Virus record (IMG/VR): IMGVR_UViG_3300006737_000026
From: an uncultured virus (IMG/VR IMGVR_UViG_3300006737_000026)
Lineage: Duplodnaviria; Heunggongvirae; Uroviricota; Caudoviricetes
Strand: one strand, 5' to 3'
Length of the DNA stretch: 64,000 bases
Positions 49,339-58,780 of this stretch are shown one piece after another (positions within the stretch are counted from its first letter, which is position 1; each line of letters starts with the position of its first letter). The notes beneath the pieces were generated by a model. That model did not search any database. It was not told the DNA's origin and saw only the letters and a program-made list of their open reading frames with translations. The translations under genes were made by a program, and so were the position numbers.

Positions 49339-49376
49339 AGCCTATATAGGACAGACCCTATTTTTGGAATCAAATC

Positions 49377-49583
49377 ATGTTAGCATTCTTACTACCCTTT
49401 GCTAAAAAAATTGTTGCAGATGCAGTCTCCAAGATCCCTGATGATGCAGATCTCGGTGAGAAACTTGTAGATATTTGCATCCTTGTTCTGGAGAAGGCGG
49501 TAAAACTGACTAAGACGACCGCTGATGATGCTCTACTGGAAGCTGTGAAGTCAGCATTAGAATCAAGAGAAGACGCTGCCTGA
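49377..49583 (+). CDS. hypothetical protein
   Basis: LLPFAKKIV...KLTKTTADD; ends at a terminator. Confidence 0.65.
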   Translation: MLAFLLPFAKKIVADAVSKIPDDADLGEKLVDICILVLEKAVKLTKTTADDALLEAVKSALESREDAA

Positions 49584-49595
49584 GGCGTTTTTAGA

Positions 49596-49619
49596 GGGGT
49601 CTCAGAGACCCCGTTTTTT
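49596..49619 (+). terminator. intrinsic terminator
   Basis: GGGGTCTC/GAGACCCC inverted repeat plus a T run. Confidence 0.75.
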
Positions 49620-49626
49620 ATAAATA
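49619..49626 (+). promoter_or_regulatory. T4-type late promoter
   Basis: TATAAATA. Confidence 0.85.
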
Positions 49627-49662
49627 CTTGTATAGAAAACCAACGATACTAGGAGCATTACC

Positions 49663-50235
49663 ATGGCGCTTTATGGTGTAACCGACGCTGATGAATCAAA
49701 ACCCAAGTGGGCTGTAAGAGGAAGTGGTGTAGACCCTCAAAACATCTTCGCTACGAGCGAAGGATGGGTGTTGCGTCATTACAAGAATGCTGCTAAGACT
49801 GCATTCTGGGACGAAGTTCTTGTAGCCGTTGATGGTCTTGTCGGTGCAGGTGGTCGTGGTACTAACACTCTTGCTGAAGCAGATATCACCGCAGTCTTCT
49901 TTGAGGAGACAGGTTATGCTGGTGGTGCAACTGGTACTGTTGTTGTCATCTACAACGAACAGGTTGATGTCACCAATGGTGCAACCTTAGTTGTCAGAAA
50001 TACAACTGATAGTGCTAACATCACAGCAACTGCTGCTGCACAGACTGGTGTTAACCGCGTTGAATTTACATTCACCGCTGCTGCAACTGGTAAGGCACAT
50101 GCTATCCAAGCACAAACGATCTCTGGAACCATTGTTGATTCTACAGGTGGCGCTACATCAGACAAAGCATTCGTTGCTGGTGATGTAGTTGGCGCAGGTG
50201 GATCAGGTTCTACTAAGACATTCACTGCTAGTTAA
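49663..50235 (+). CDS. putative virion structural protein
   Basis: Late promoter plus AGGAG; MALYG...GWVLR, Ala/Thr/Gly-rich beta composition. Confidence 0.65.
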   Translation: MALYGVTDADESKPKWAVRGSGVDPQNIFATSEGWVLRHYKNAAKTAFWDEVLVAVDGLVGAGGRGTNTLAEADITAVFFEETGYAGGATGTVVVIYNEQVDVTNGATLVVRNTTDSANITATAAAQTGVNRVEFTFTAAATGKAHAIQAQTISGTIVDSTGGATSDKAFVAGDVVGAGGSGSTKTFTAS

Positions 50236-50239
50236 TTAA

Positions 50240-50602
50240 ATGAAATTTGACGAATTGAATGAAGGAAACTACATTCTCTTCGCCATGAAGCATTATGAAA
50301 ACCCCCATTGCGTAACCCGCGATGACTTTGATGAAGACATGAAACGTTTCAAATACTTGAAACGTCTTCTCAAACGTTATGTAAGATCGGGTCCATTAAG
50401 GACCCATCTTATTATTAATCATCTCATCATTTTATATAATGTTTTTGGTGAAGCCGCGACACCTCTCTTGTTTTTCAAACTGGAAAGGGAATATTGGTGT
50501 ATATTAAAAACTATACTCCTTTATTTGAATAAATATCCCATAGGTATGCTTCCCGAATTGGAAGACGATCCTGACATTGCTGAGGAGCTTGCAAAGATAT
50601 GA
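50240..50602 (+). CDS. conserved T4-like hypothetical protein
   Basis: FAMKHYENP.C...FDEDMKRFKYLKRL...NHLIILYNVFG. Confidence 0.75.
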   Translation: MKFDELNEGNYILFAMKHYENPHCVTRDDFDEDMKRFKYLKRLLKRYVRSGPLRTHLIINHLIILYNVFGEAATPLLFFKLEREYWCILKTILLYLNKYPIGMLPELEDDPDIAEELAKI

Positions 50603-51147
50603 CGGTCATGACTGCTGGTACTGGTGGATTTAGTGGTAGTGCAGACGCCACTGGTCCGAACGCTGGATACGATCCAGTCATGAAGTTTCGTGGTAAACTG
50701 AAAAAGAAAGATGCAAAGAAGTTAGTGGCACCTGGAAATAAAATCGGAGAGTCTAAAGAGAACCCTACGATGCCTTCCCGTCTGTTCCAATACAAGGTAA
50801 CCATTCCTCAAGTTGGTGAGACTGTTGTTTATGCTAACTCCCCTGCAGAACTGGCGCAGAAGATGCGTCTTCTTATCAACCCTCGTTATAGAGGTGATGT
50901 TAAGATTGAAAGAATCATGCCTGGTCAAGCAGGTAAGTTTTTCATGGACAAGCGTATGAATCATATGCGTAATGTTCAGGAACAAGGCGATGCTCAGATG
51001 AAACAGCAGCAAGCCTCCATGAAGATCAACATGGAAAAGAAAAAGATCATGCTGAAGAAGCAGGAATTGCAGAAGCAATTACAAGCAAAAACCGCTCAAC
51101 TTAAAAAACAAGCAAGAGCAGGTGCAGAAATGGACGCTACAAGGTAA
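50599..51147 (+). CDS. hypothetical protein
   Basis: GTGGFSGSADATGPNAGYDP N-terminus; Gln/Lys coiled-coil tail. Confidence 0.6.
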   Translation: MTVMTAGTGGFSGSADATGPNAGYDPVMKFRGKLKKKDAKKLVAPGNKIGESKENPTMPSRLFQYKVTIPQVGETVVYANSPAELAQKMRLLINPRYRGDVKIERIMPGQAGKFFMDKRMNHMRNVQEQGDAQMKQQQASMKINMEKKKIMLKKQELQKQLQAKTAQLKKQARAGAEMDATR

Positions 51148-51150
51148 GCA

Positions 51151-51543
51151 ATGTCTGATATTAATTCAGCGATAATCGAAAGACTGGAAAGAGTAGTTGA
51201 TTCACTTCAAGACAATAGCGTCAAGATGGGTCAACTTCTTGCTGTGCATAATGAAAAATTAGATAGACAGGACACAGTAGATGAAGTCTTGTTTGAGAAG
51301 ATCGATAGACTACATTCGGATCTCAACAAAGACACAGAAGCAATCAAGAAAGGATGTGAGCGTGATATTAGACTGATCGATGATCGCCTAAGGGTCATGG
51401 AGAAAAAGATGTGGACCATCTTCGGCGGTCTTGCAGTCATATCATTCTTACTATCCGTGCCAGGACAGTCTTTAATGAAGAGCTTGACAGGTCAGCAAAA
51501 CACAAGTATGATAGGGGTTGAGATTCCTAGGTCTATTGGGTGA
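51151..51543 (+). CDS. coiled-coil protein with C-terminal TM
   Basis: LLAVHNEKL coiled coil, then a TM (WTIFGGLAVISFLL). Confidence 0.65.
   Translation: MSDINSAIIERLERVVDSLQDNSVKMGQLLAVHNEKLDRQDTVDEVLFEKIDRLHSDLNKDTEAIKKGCERDIRLIDDRLRVMEKKMWTIFGGLAVISFLLSVPGQSLMKSLTGQQNTSMIGVEIPRSIG
51484..51512 (+). promoter_or_regulatory. sigma70-type promoter for g61
   Basis: TTGACA-17-TATGAT. Confidence 0.7.
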
Positions 51544-52526
51544 TTGATGAACATTATGCGAGACTAATCTCTGCTCGGTTCGACAAATTCAAGAGGGTAC
51601 GCAACGGGGTGTATAACTTTCGTTGTCCCTACTGTGGCGATTCGCAGAAGCACAAGAACAAGTCCCGTGGATACTTCTTTACGATGAAGAGCGGACTAGT
51701 TTACAAGTGCCACAATTGTGGTGTAGGTAGATCCTTTGGAAGCTTCCTGAAGGACAATGCACCTGATGTTCATGACGAGTATGTCATGGAACGATACAAA
51801 GCGGGTCTCACTGGAAAGGGTCGAAACGTAGCAGATCCCTCACTAAGTTTTGAAAAACCCAAGTTCAAAAAGAAAGGTCCGATACAAAGTATTTCGGAAC
51901 TAAATAATCTACACCCTGCACTAGGATATATCCTCGGTCGTCAGATTCCCACTCAACATTTTAAGGATCTGTACTACGTTGATAAATTTTGTACATGGGT
52001 TAATACTCAGAAACCTACGTTTGAGAATGTCAAAAAGGATCACCCCAGAATTATTATTCCTTTCATTGACAGTAATGGCGAATGGTTTGGATTCCAAGGG
52101 AGGTCTCTAGATCCACTTGATAAGTTGCGTTATATCACTATCATGTTGGATGAGAATCGATCTAAAGTCTTTGGACTTGATAGGGTCGATTTCAATAAAA
52201 CTGTTTACATAACAGAGGGTCCTTTCGACAGTCTATACATAGATAACGCTATCGCGATGGCAGGTGCCGACATTGATTGGAACTTGCTACAAGGTAGAGA
52301 AGCAGTCTTCGTGTTCGATAATGAATGCAGAAATGTAGAGATTGTCAATCGAATGACAAAGGCAATCGATAAGGGTTACGAATTAGTAATCTGGCCAAAT
52401 AATATATCAGAGAAAGACATTAATGACATGTTCCTCGCTGGACATGATGTCCAGTCTCTGGTAGAATTCAACACTTACAGCGGTTTAGAAGCCCACGTTA
52501 AACTAAGCGAATGGAAAAAGGTATGA
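51540..52526 (+). CDS. g61: DNA primase gp61
   Basis: FRCPYCGDS...CHNC zinc finger, FQGR, TEGPFDS, KDINDM. Confidence 0.96.
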   Translation: MIDEHYARLISARFDKFKRVRNGVYNFRCPYCGDSQKHKNKSRGYFFTMKSGLVYKCHNCGVGRSFGSFLKDNAPDVHDEYVMERYKAGLTGKGRNVADPSLSFEKPKFKKKGPIQSISELNNLHPALGYILGRQIPTQHFKDLYYVDKFCTWVNTQKPTFENVKKDHPRIIIPFIDSNGEWFGFQGRSLDPLDKLRYITIMLDENRSKVFGLDRVDFNKTVYITEGPFDSLYIDNAIAMAGADIDWNLLQGREAVFVFDNECRNVEIVNRMTKAIDKGYELVIWPNNISEKDINDMFLAGHDVQSLVEFNTYSGLEAHVKLSEWKKV

Positions 52527-54823
52527 AAGAAATTCATGTTGTAAAACGTGATGGGGAAAAAGAAACCCTTAACCTTGAAAAGGTTCATGCAATGGTAGAG
52601 CATGCCTGTAATGGTCTTGCAGGTGTTTCTGAGAGTCAGGTTGAAATGAATTCAAACCTGCAATTCTTTGATGGTATTAAAACCTCTGATATTCAAGAGA
52701 TCCTGATTCGTTCTGCGAACGATCTGATTTCTTTGGATGCACCTAACTACCAATTTGTTGCCGCTAGACTTCTTCTATTCGGTCTTAGGAAGGCGGTATA
52801 TAATGGTCACCCTGACGGGCATCCTCCTTTGAAGGAGCATGTTCAAAAGTGTATTGAGCAGGGAGTATATGACCCAACAATTATAAACAGGTACTCTGAT
52901 GAAGAATGGGATCAACTGAATAGTTACATCGATCATGACAGGGACTATTTGTTCACGTATGCTGGCATTCGCCAAGTGACGGATAAATATCTCGTACAGG
53001 ATCGTTCGACTGGAGAGATCTTTGAGACTCCTCAGTTCATGTATATCATGGTGGCGGCGACACTCTTTCAGGACGACGACAAATTCTATCGGTTAGAGTA
53101 CGTCAAAAAATACTATGACGCAATCAGTAAACACAGACTCAACATCCCAACACCGATCATGGCAGGGGTCAGGACGCCCCTTCGTCAATTTGCATCTTGT
53201 GTTCTCGTTGATGTTGATGACACCCTCGATAGTATCTTTAGCAGTGATATGGCTATTGGTCACTACGTCTCACAAAGGGCTGGTATCGGTATTAACGCTG
53301 GCAGAATCCGTGGGATCAACAGCAAAATCCGAGGCGGAGAGGTACAGCACACAGGTGTTGTCCCCTTCCTTAAAAAGTTTGAATCAACTGTACGATGCTG
53401 CACACAAAACGGCATCCGAGGTGGTTCTGCTACAGTTCACTTTCCTATCTGGCACCAAGAAATAGAAGACATCCTTGTTCTTAAAAACAATAAGGGTACA
53501 GAAGACAACCGAGTGAGGAAACTTGACTACTCAATCCAGATTTCAAAACTTTTCTACGAACGTTTCATTGCGAATGGAGAGATTAGCCTCTTCTCACCGC
53601 ATGACGTACCAGGTCTGTATGATGCTTTTGGTACTGATCAATTTGACGATCTATATGTGGCTGCTGAATCAGATCAGTCTGTTCCAAGAAAGACTGTAAG
53701 AGCACAAGAACTTGTTCTGAATCTTCTGAAGGAGCGAGCAGAGACAGGTCGTATTTACATTATGAATATCGACCATTGCAACAGTCACTCTTCGTTCAAA
53801 GACAAAGTTAATATGAGTAACCTCTGTCAGGAGATTACTCTGCCTACTGATCCTATCCAACACATTGATGGTAATGGTGAGATTGCTTTGTGCATTCTTT
53901 CTGCTATCAACGTTGGTAAACTTAAAAGTATTGATGAACTAGATGAACTCTGTGAGCTCGCTGTTCGTGGTCTGGATGCTTTGATTGATTATCAAACATA
54001 TCCTGTCAAGGCAGCAGAGGTCAGCACAAAGAATCGTCGCTCTCTTGGTATCGGGTACATTGGTCTTGCACATTATCTTGCAAAGAACAATGCTAAGTAC
54101 GATTCACAGAAGGCACATGACCTGGTTCATAAACTCACTGAGAGGTTCCAGTATGCCCTTCTAACAGCGTCTAATCGTATGGCAATGGAGAAGGGTCCTT
54201 GCGGTTATTTTGGTAAAACAAAGTACGCTGATGGAATACTGCCAATTGATACATATAAGAACGACGTAGACGAAATCGTACCGAATGACCTTGCTTGCGA
54301 TTGGGATTACCTTAGGGGTAGGATCCTTGAATACGGACTCCGACACAGCACATTGTCCGCACAAATGCCTTCGGAGAGCAGCTCCGTTGTGTCAAACGCT
54401 ACCAATGGAATCGAGCCGCCTCGCGACTACTTGTCCGTTAAGAAAAGTAAGAAGGGACCCCTTAAGCAGATTGTACCGTCGTATCTGTCCCTCAAAAATG
54501 CATACACCCTCCTCTGGGACATGCACAACAACGATGGATATATCAAAGTCACCGCCGTAATGCAGAAGTTCTTTGATCAGGCAATCAGTGGTAACTGGAG
54601 TTACAATCCAGAGAACTATGCTGACAACGAAGTGCCTGTATCTGAGATGGCAAAGGATCTACTTACAACCTACAAGTATGGTTGGAAGACTTCTTACTAT
54701 CAGAATACCTATGATGCTAAGAAGGACGGTGATGATGTTGAACAAGTGAAGGGTAATGTTGATCATCTAATTGACGAACTACTTAACACGGAGGAAGACG
54801 ACTGTGACAGTTGCAAGGTTTGA
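52523..54823 (+). CDS. nrdA: class Ia ribonucleotide reductase alpha subunit
   Basis: ATP cone VVKRDG, QFASCVL, SNLCQEI, C-terminal CDSC. Confidence 0.98.
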   Translation: MKEIHVVKRDGEKETLNLEKVHAMVEHACNGLAGVSESQVEMNSNLQFFDGIKTSDIQEILIRSANDLISLDAPNYQFVAARLLLFGLRKAVYNGHPDGHPPLKEHVQKCIEQGVYDPTIINRYSDEEWDQLNSYIDHDRDYLFTYAGIRQVTDKYLVQDRSTGEIFETPQFMYIMVAATLFQDDDKFYRLEYVKKYYDAISKHRLNIPTPIMAGVRTPLRQFASCVLVDVDDTLDSIFSSDMAIGHYVSQRAGIGINAGRIRGINSKIRGGEVQHTGVVPFLKKFESTVRCCTQNGIRGGSATVHFPIWHQEIEDILVLKNNKGTEDNRVRKLDYSIQISKLFYERFIANGEISLFSPHDVPGLYDAFGTDQFDDLYVAAESDQSVPRKTVRAQELVLNLLKERAETGRIYIMNIDHCNSHSSFKDKVNMSNLCQEITLPTDPIQHIDGNGEIALCILSAINVGKLKSIDELDELCELAVRGLDALIDYQTYPVKAAEVSTKNRRSLGIGYIGLAHYLAKNNAKYDSQKAHDLVHKLTERFQYALLTASNRMAMEKGPCGYFGKTKYADGILPIDTYKNDVDEIVPNDLACDWDYLRGRILEYGLRHSTLSAQMPSESSSVVSNATNGIEPPRDYLSVKKSKKGPLKQIVPSYLSLKNAYTLLWDMHNNDGYIKVTAVMQKFFDQAISGNWSYNPENYADNEVPVSEMAKDLLTTYKYGWKTSYYQNTYDAKKDGDDVEQVKGNVDHLIDELLNTEEDDCDSCKV

Positions 54824-55973
54824 GGAAAAGGAAATCGAGAAAATGACAGTATTTAACAAGAACAAAGTGAACACCAAAAAGCAACCCATGTTTTTTGGAC
54901 AACCTCTGGGTGTGCAGAGGTATGACGAGTATAAGTATCCAGTATTTGACAAACTTACGCAACAACAGTTAGGATACTTTTGGAGACCAGAGGAAGTATC
55001 GTTACAGAAGGACCGCAGTGATTACCAAACACTTACGCCAGAGCAAAAGCACATTTTTACCAGCAATCTTAAATACCAGATCATGCTGGATTCTGTACAA
55101 GGGCGCGGTCCTGGGATGGCTTTTATCCCTTACTGTTCACTCCCTGAGTTAGAAGCATGCATGACAGTGTGGGAGTTTATGGAGATGATTCATAGTCGCT
55201 CCTACACATACATCATTAAGAATGTGTATCCTAATCCTGGAGATGTGTTTGACACAATCCTGGATGATGAGAATGTTATGTCTCGTGCAGCATCAGTAAC
55301 TGAATCGTATGATACTTTTATTGCTCATGCACATGAGTATGATAACGGACAGATGTGGGACCTTGCACGTCAAGGACATACCACAGGGCAGTATGATCGT
55401 CGTGAGTTAAAGCGCAAACTCTACAGGGCAATTGCAAATGTCAACATCCTCGAAGGAATCCGTTTCTATGTGTCGTTTGCGTGCTCGTTTGCTTTTGGCG
55501 AGAATAAACTTATGGAGGGCTCGGCTAAGATTCTCTCTCTTATCGCTAGAGATGAAAGCCAACACCTGGTTATCACGCAGAATATCCTGAAGAAATGGAG
55601 AGAGGGTGATGATCCCGAAATGGCAATCATCGCTAAGGAAGAACAACCTGTCGTAGCAGAAATGTTCAGGAAGACTGTTGATGAAGAAAAGATGTGGGCA
55701 AACTATCTGTTCAAACAGGGCAGTATGATTGGTTTGAATGATCGTTTACTTCATAACTATGTTGAGTGGATTGCTAATCGCCGTATGAAAGCGATTGGTC
55801 TTGATCCAATCTATGACATTCCTGCTAAGAATAATCCATTGCCCTGGACAGAGCACTGGTTGAATTCTAAGGGACAACAAAACGCACCTCAAGAAACGGA
55901 GATTGAAAGTTATGTCGTCGGAGGAATCAAACAAGATGTCACAGCAAACTCCTTCGCTGGATTCAGTTTATGA
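54804..55973 (+). CDS. nrdB: ribonucleotide reductase beta subunit
   Basis: FWRPEEV, EMIHSRSY, EGIRFYVSF, RDESQH; GTG start after GGAGGA. Confidence 0.97.
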   Translation: MTVARFEEKEIEKMTVFNKNKVNTKKQPMFFGQPLGVQRYDEYKYPVFDKLTQQQLGYFWRPEEVSLQKDRSDYQTLTPEQKHIFTSNLKYQIMLDSVQGRGPGMAFIPYCSLPELEACMTVWEFMEMIHSRSYTYIIKNVYPNPGDVFDTILDDENVMSRAASVTESYDTFIAHAHEYDNGQMWDLARQGHTTGQYDRRELKRKLYRAIANVNILEGIRFYVSFACSFAFGENKLMEGSAKILSLIARDESQHLVITQNILKKWREGDDPEMAIIAKEEQPVVAEMFRKTVDEEKMWANYLFKQGSMIGLNDRLLHNYVEWIANRRMKAIGLDPIYDIPAKNNPLPWTEHWLNSKGQQNAPQETEIESYVVGGIKQDVTANSFAGFSL

Positions 55974-56079
55974 TGACCTGCTAGATGCAGGTAATGAGAT
56001 CGGTCCAGATGTGACAGACATGCTCTGGACCGCTGCTAAAAAAGAATCATTGAGAAAACATAAAAATGTATCACAATGA
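55936..56079 (+). CDS. hypothetical protein (47 aa)
   Basis: GGAGGA upstream; MSQQTPSLDSVYDDLLDAGNEIGPD... Confidence 0.45.
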   Translation: MSQQTPSLDSVYDDLLDAGNEIGPDVTDMLWTAAKKESLRKHKNVSQ

Positions 56080-56103
56080 ACTACTGGATATAAAAATCCA
56101 TGC

Positions 56104-56111
56104 TATAAATA
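56104..56111 (+). promoter_or_regulatory. T4-type late promoter
   Basis: TATAAATA heading the riboswitch locus. Confidence 0.75.
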
Positions 56112-56137
56112 GTATTGTGATGGATTCATCACATATA

Positions 56138-56175
56138 CGTTCATCCCTTCGGGGACGCAAGTAAGTCGCGGAACG
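56138..56175 (+). ncRNA. glutamine riboswitch-like aptamer, copy 1
   Basis: P1 CGTTC/GAACG, P2 TCCC-TTCG-GGGA, CGCA junction, as in glnA/downstream-peptide RNAs. Confidence 0.7.
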
Positions 56176-56178
56176 GAG

Positions 56179-56386
56179 CGTTCATCCCATGCTTGAGTTT
56201 TTACTCTACACTACACTCACATGTTCTCAGTCTGAGGCACTAGTGTTAAGGATTGAAAAACACCTCAACCTGGACCCTGAGGTTCAGTTAGAGTTAGTTG
56301 AGACCGTAAAGGAATCAGCACCCGAGTGTTATTGGGACGCACACGACTGAAGGAACGGGGGACTGCAAACCCTAACTCTTCAGGAG
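56179..56386 (+). ncRNA. glutamine-II (downstream-peptide)-like aptamer, copy 2, with enlarged P2 loop
   Basis: CGTTCA-TCCCA...TGGGA-CGCA-cac-GACTGAAG-GAACG; CTGAAG/CTTCAG pseudoknot at the downstream RBS. Confidence 0.6.
56189..56350 (+). CDS. 53-aa protein nested in riboswitch copy 2
   Basis: MLEFLLYTTLTCSQSEALVLRIEKHLNLDPEVQLELVETVKESAPECYWDAHD; GGAG upstream. Confidence 0.65.
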   Translation: MLEFLLYTTLTCSQSEALVLRIEKHLNLDPEVQLELVETVKESAPECYWDAHD

Positions 56387-56393
56387 AAGACTC

Positions 56394-56561
56394 ATGAACA
56401 CACTTACACAGATCCGTAAGCAAATTCAGAAAGCAGCACGTCTGCACGATGCTCAGATTCATCACACTACATATCGTGGTGTGGAATATGACACACGTTG
56501 TGTAGAGAACAAGGAGACCCACGGGACTTTCTGCTATCGTGGAAAAACTTACACCAAATAA
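56394..56561 (+). CDS. DUF4278-like small protein
   Basis: MNTLTQIRKQIQKAARLHDAQI with two YRGxxY repeats; AGGAG RBS. Confidence 0.8.
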   Translation: MNTLTQIRKQIQKAARLHDAQIHHTTYRGVEYDTRCVENKETHGTFCYRGKTYTK

Positions 56562-56585
56562 TCTTAACTATGTTAAGATGATAAC

Positions 56586-56610
56586 AAAGCACCCACATGG
56601 GTGCTTTTTT
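56586..56610 (+). terminator. intrinsic terminator
   Basis: AAAGCACCCA/TGGGTGCTTT plus a T run. Confidence 0.85.
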
Positions 56611-56646
56611 GGTATAATAAATATTGACAAACTATACAGGAGAGTC

Positions 56647-57303
56647 ATGAAAATCTTTCTGGACTGTTCTGATCCCGAGCTCATCGCTCAAGCATACGAG
56701 ACTGGTTTAATCGACGGAGTTACTACAAACCCCAGTCTCATGTTGAAAGCAGGCGAAGACCCTAAGAGTATTATCAAGGAAATTTCTCACATTTTTCCTT
56801 GGAACTCTTCGGTATCTGCTGAAGTAGTCGGAGAGACTGCTGAGGAAATGCTAGACATGGCAGAAGACTTCATCGAGATCGGACCAAACATTACAATCAA
56901 AGTACCATGCACACCCGAAGGTCTAAGGGCGTGTTATGAATTAACAACCAATGAAATCAGTGTTAACGTCACTCTGATATTCAGTTCAGCACAAGCAATA
57001 CTCGCTTCTAAGGCAGGTGCAACATACGTTTCACCTTTCGTGGGTAGAGTATATGACCAATCATTTGACGGTAATCAACTAATTGAGGAGATTGCAGATG
57101 TCTATGCTACACATCAGGCGAAGACCCAAGTCCTTGCTGCATCGATTAGGGATGTTCACCAAGTATCCTCTGCTTTTAGAGTGGGAGCTGATATTTGCAC
57201 TATCCCTATTACCATTTTTGATAAGATGTACAAGCATGTTCTCACTGACAAAGGGTTAGAACAATTCGATAAAGATTGGAAATCCCTTCAGGAGAAAATT
57301 TAA
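56647..57303 (+). CDS. talC: transaldolase (TalC type)
   Basis: MKIFLD, GVTTNPSL, ITIKVP, NVTLIFS, YVSPFVGR, LAASIR. Confidence 0.97.
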   Translation: MKIFLDCSDPELIAQAYETGLIDGVTTNPSLMLKAGEDPKSIIKEISHIFPWNSSVSAEVVGETAEEMLDMAEDFIEIGPNITIKVPCTPEGLRACYELTTNEISVNVTLIFSSAQAILASKAGATYVSPFVGRVYDQSFDGNQLIEEIADVYATHQAKTQVLAASIRDVHQVSSAFRVGADICTIPITIFDKMYKHVLTDKGLEQFDKDWKSLQEKI

Positions 57304-57467
57304 TGCCGAGAGGACAAGTGAAGAAGGACGAAATGGAAGTCCGAGTTCTTAAAATTAAGAATCAATTATATGATGGTTCTTACTCTGCTAAAAATCATGA
57401 GTGGCATGATGGAGCACATCATGCACTCAATGAGGTATTAAATATTTTACAAGAGTACCGCTCATGA
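57303..57467 (+). CDS. hypothetical protein
   Basis: MPRGQVKKDEMEVRVLKIK...LQEYRS; AGGAG upstream. Confidence 0.6.
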   Translation: MPRGQVKKDEMEVRVLKIKNQLYDGSYSAKNHEWHDGAHHALNEVLNILQEYRS

Positions 57468-57628
57468 ATAAAAAAAACTTAAAAGTTCTAATACAAGACC
57501 TTGAGTTTGCAATTGCCGAACTTAAGGCAGAAGTTTACGCCGATGCCTCTGCTTACATAGATAAGAGTAGCGAGCGCATAGCGGCTAGATACATTGACCA
57601 AAACGACGACGACGGAGACCCCGACTAA
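57464..57628 (+). CDS. hypothetical protein (54 aa)
   Basis: ATGA-coupled; MNKKNLKVLIQDLEFAIAELKAEVYAD...DDDGDPD. Confidence 0.6.
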   Translation: MNKKNLKVLIQDLEFAIAELKAEVYADASAYIDKSSERIAARYIDQNDDDGDPD

Positions 57629-58049
57629 TTATGAAAACCCCTGGATTTTTAATGGAACCCCTTTTCTATCTGAGAACATTGACGACCATTTCGGTTTTGT
57701 CTATTGCATTACAAACACACTTACTGGTAAAAGGTACATCGGAAGAAAATACTTTCACCAACTACGAAAACCTAGAGGTGGTGGTAGGAGAGTTCAAAGT
57801 GAAAGCGACTGGAAAAAATACTACGGAAGCTCTCGTGAACTTACTGAAGATCGCAAACGGTACGGAAATCTGGTCTTCAAACGGGACATATTAAGCCTAC
57901 ATAAGAGCAAGGGACTCACAAACTTTGAAGAGACCCGCCAACTTTTTATCAACAACGTACTTACGGAGAGCATGGACGATGGGACACCTGCATACTACAA
58001 CAGCAATATCCTTGGTCGGTACATGCGAAAAGATTATTTCAAGCCTTGA
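57594..58049 (+). CDS. GIY-YIG family endonuclease
   Basis: GFVYCITNTLTGKRYIGRK...YYGSS...E...YNSNI. Confidence 0.8.
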   Translation: MTKTTTTETPTNYENPWIFNGTPFLSENIDDHFGFVYCITNTLTGKRYIGRKYFHQLRKPRGGGRRVQSESDWKKYYGSSRELTEDRKRYGNLVFKRDILSLHKSKGLTNFEETRQLFINNVLTESMDDGTPAYYNSNILGRYMRKDYFKP

Positions 58050-58074
58050 CCGCTGCTAATTCATCTGTTATAAT
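58046..58074 (+). promoter_or_regulatory. sigma70-type promoter upstream of the tRNA
   Basis: TTGACC-17-TATAAT with a TG extension. Confidence 0.75.
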
Positions 58075-58101
58075 TCAGAGGTAGTCAAGGGAGTCTTCCA
58101 A

Positions 58102-58289
<188 letters not shown>

Positions 58290-58332
58290 TTGTCCCTTTG
58301 GGACACACTGGTCCATTATAAGGTAAAATCTT

Positions 58333-58545
58333 ATGACTACAGCACAAAAGTTCTCGTCTGTTGTTGGTATTCTATATGATGCCATTGATCGACAAGTGAC
58401 ACTTGACATCGAGTATCCTATTCTTTATAATAAAGTATTGAAATTCTATGAGGAGAAAGGTGTTGATTTTTATGGTGATGTAGATGAGGATTATGACATT
58501 CTCCTCAACAAACTTGAACAGGACCTATTTTATTATGAAACCTGA
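58333..58545 (+). CDS. hypothetical cyanophage protein
   Basis: MTTAQKFSS...GVDFYGDVDEDY. Confidence 0.65.
   Translation: MTTAQKFSSVVGILYDAIDRQVTLDIEYPILYNKVLKFYEEKGVDFYGDVDEDYDILLNKLEQDLFYYET
58403..58431 (+). promoter_or_regulatory. sigma70-type promoter
   Basis: Perfect TTGACA-17-TATAAT. Confidence 0.65.
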
Positions 58546-58780
58546 AGTTCTTCTAGAACGCTTCCCCTATCGTTATGTTCAGTCTGGGACGATCGAACTC
58601 AATGGTCGTCCTGACTATCGAATTCAAAAGTTCGATGAATGGACAAAGCGTTACAAAGACATGTATCTCCTAGACAATTCAATTCAATTGGATTATGCTA
58701 TGGAGGACTTTGAATACACGAAATGGTTAGACCCTGCTCGTGTCCCATGTTACATTCGCGATACCGTTACTTCCTCATGA
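58535..58780 (+). CDS. hypothetical cyanophage protein
   Basis: LERFPYRYVQ..NGRPDYRIQK...EDFEYTKWLDP. Confidence 0.7.
   Translation: MKPEVLLERFPYRYVQSGTIELNGRPDYRIQKFDEWTKRYKDMYLLDNSIQLDYAMEDFEYTKWLDPARVPCYIRDTVTSS

Noticed and set aside
56116..56133. CRP-like site TGTGA...TCACA
   Set aside because: Spacer is 8 nt rather than 6 and it lies downstream of the promoter; better read as a 5' RNA hairpin.
56539..56646. Upstream extension of talC in the ORF track
   Set aside because: It spans a terminator; ATG 56647 has an AGGAG RBS and gives the canonical MKIFLD start.
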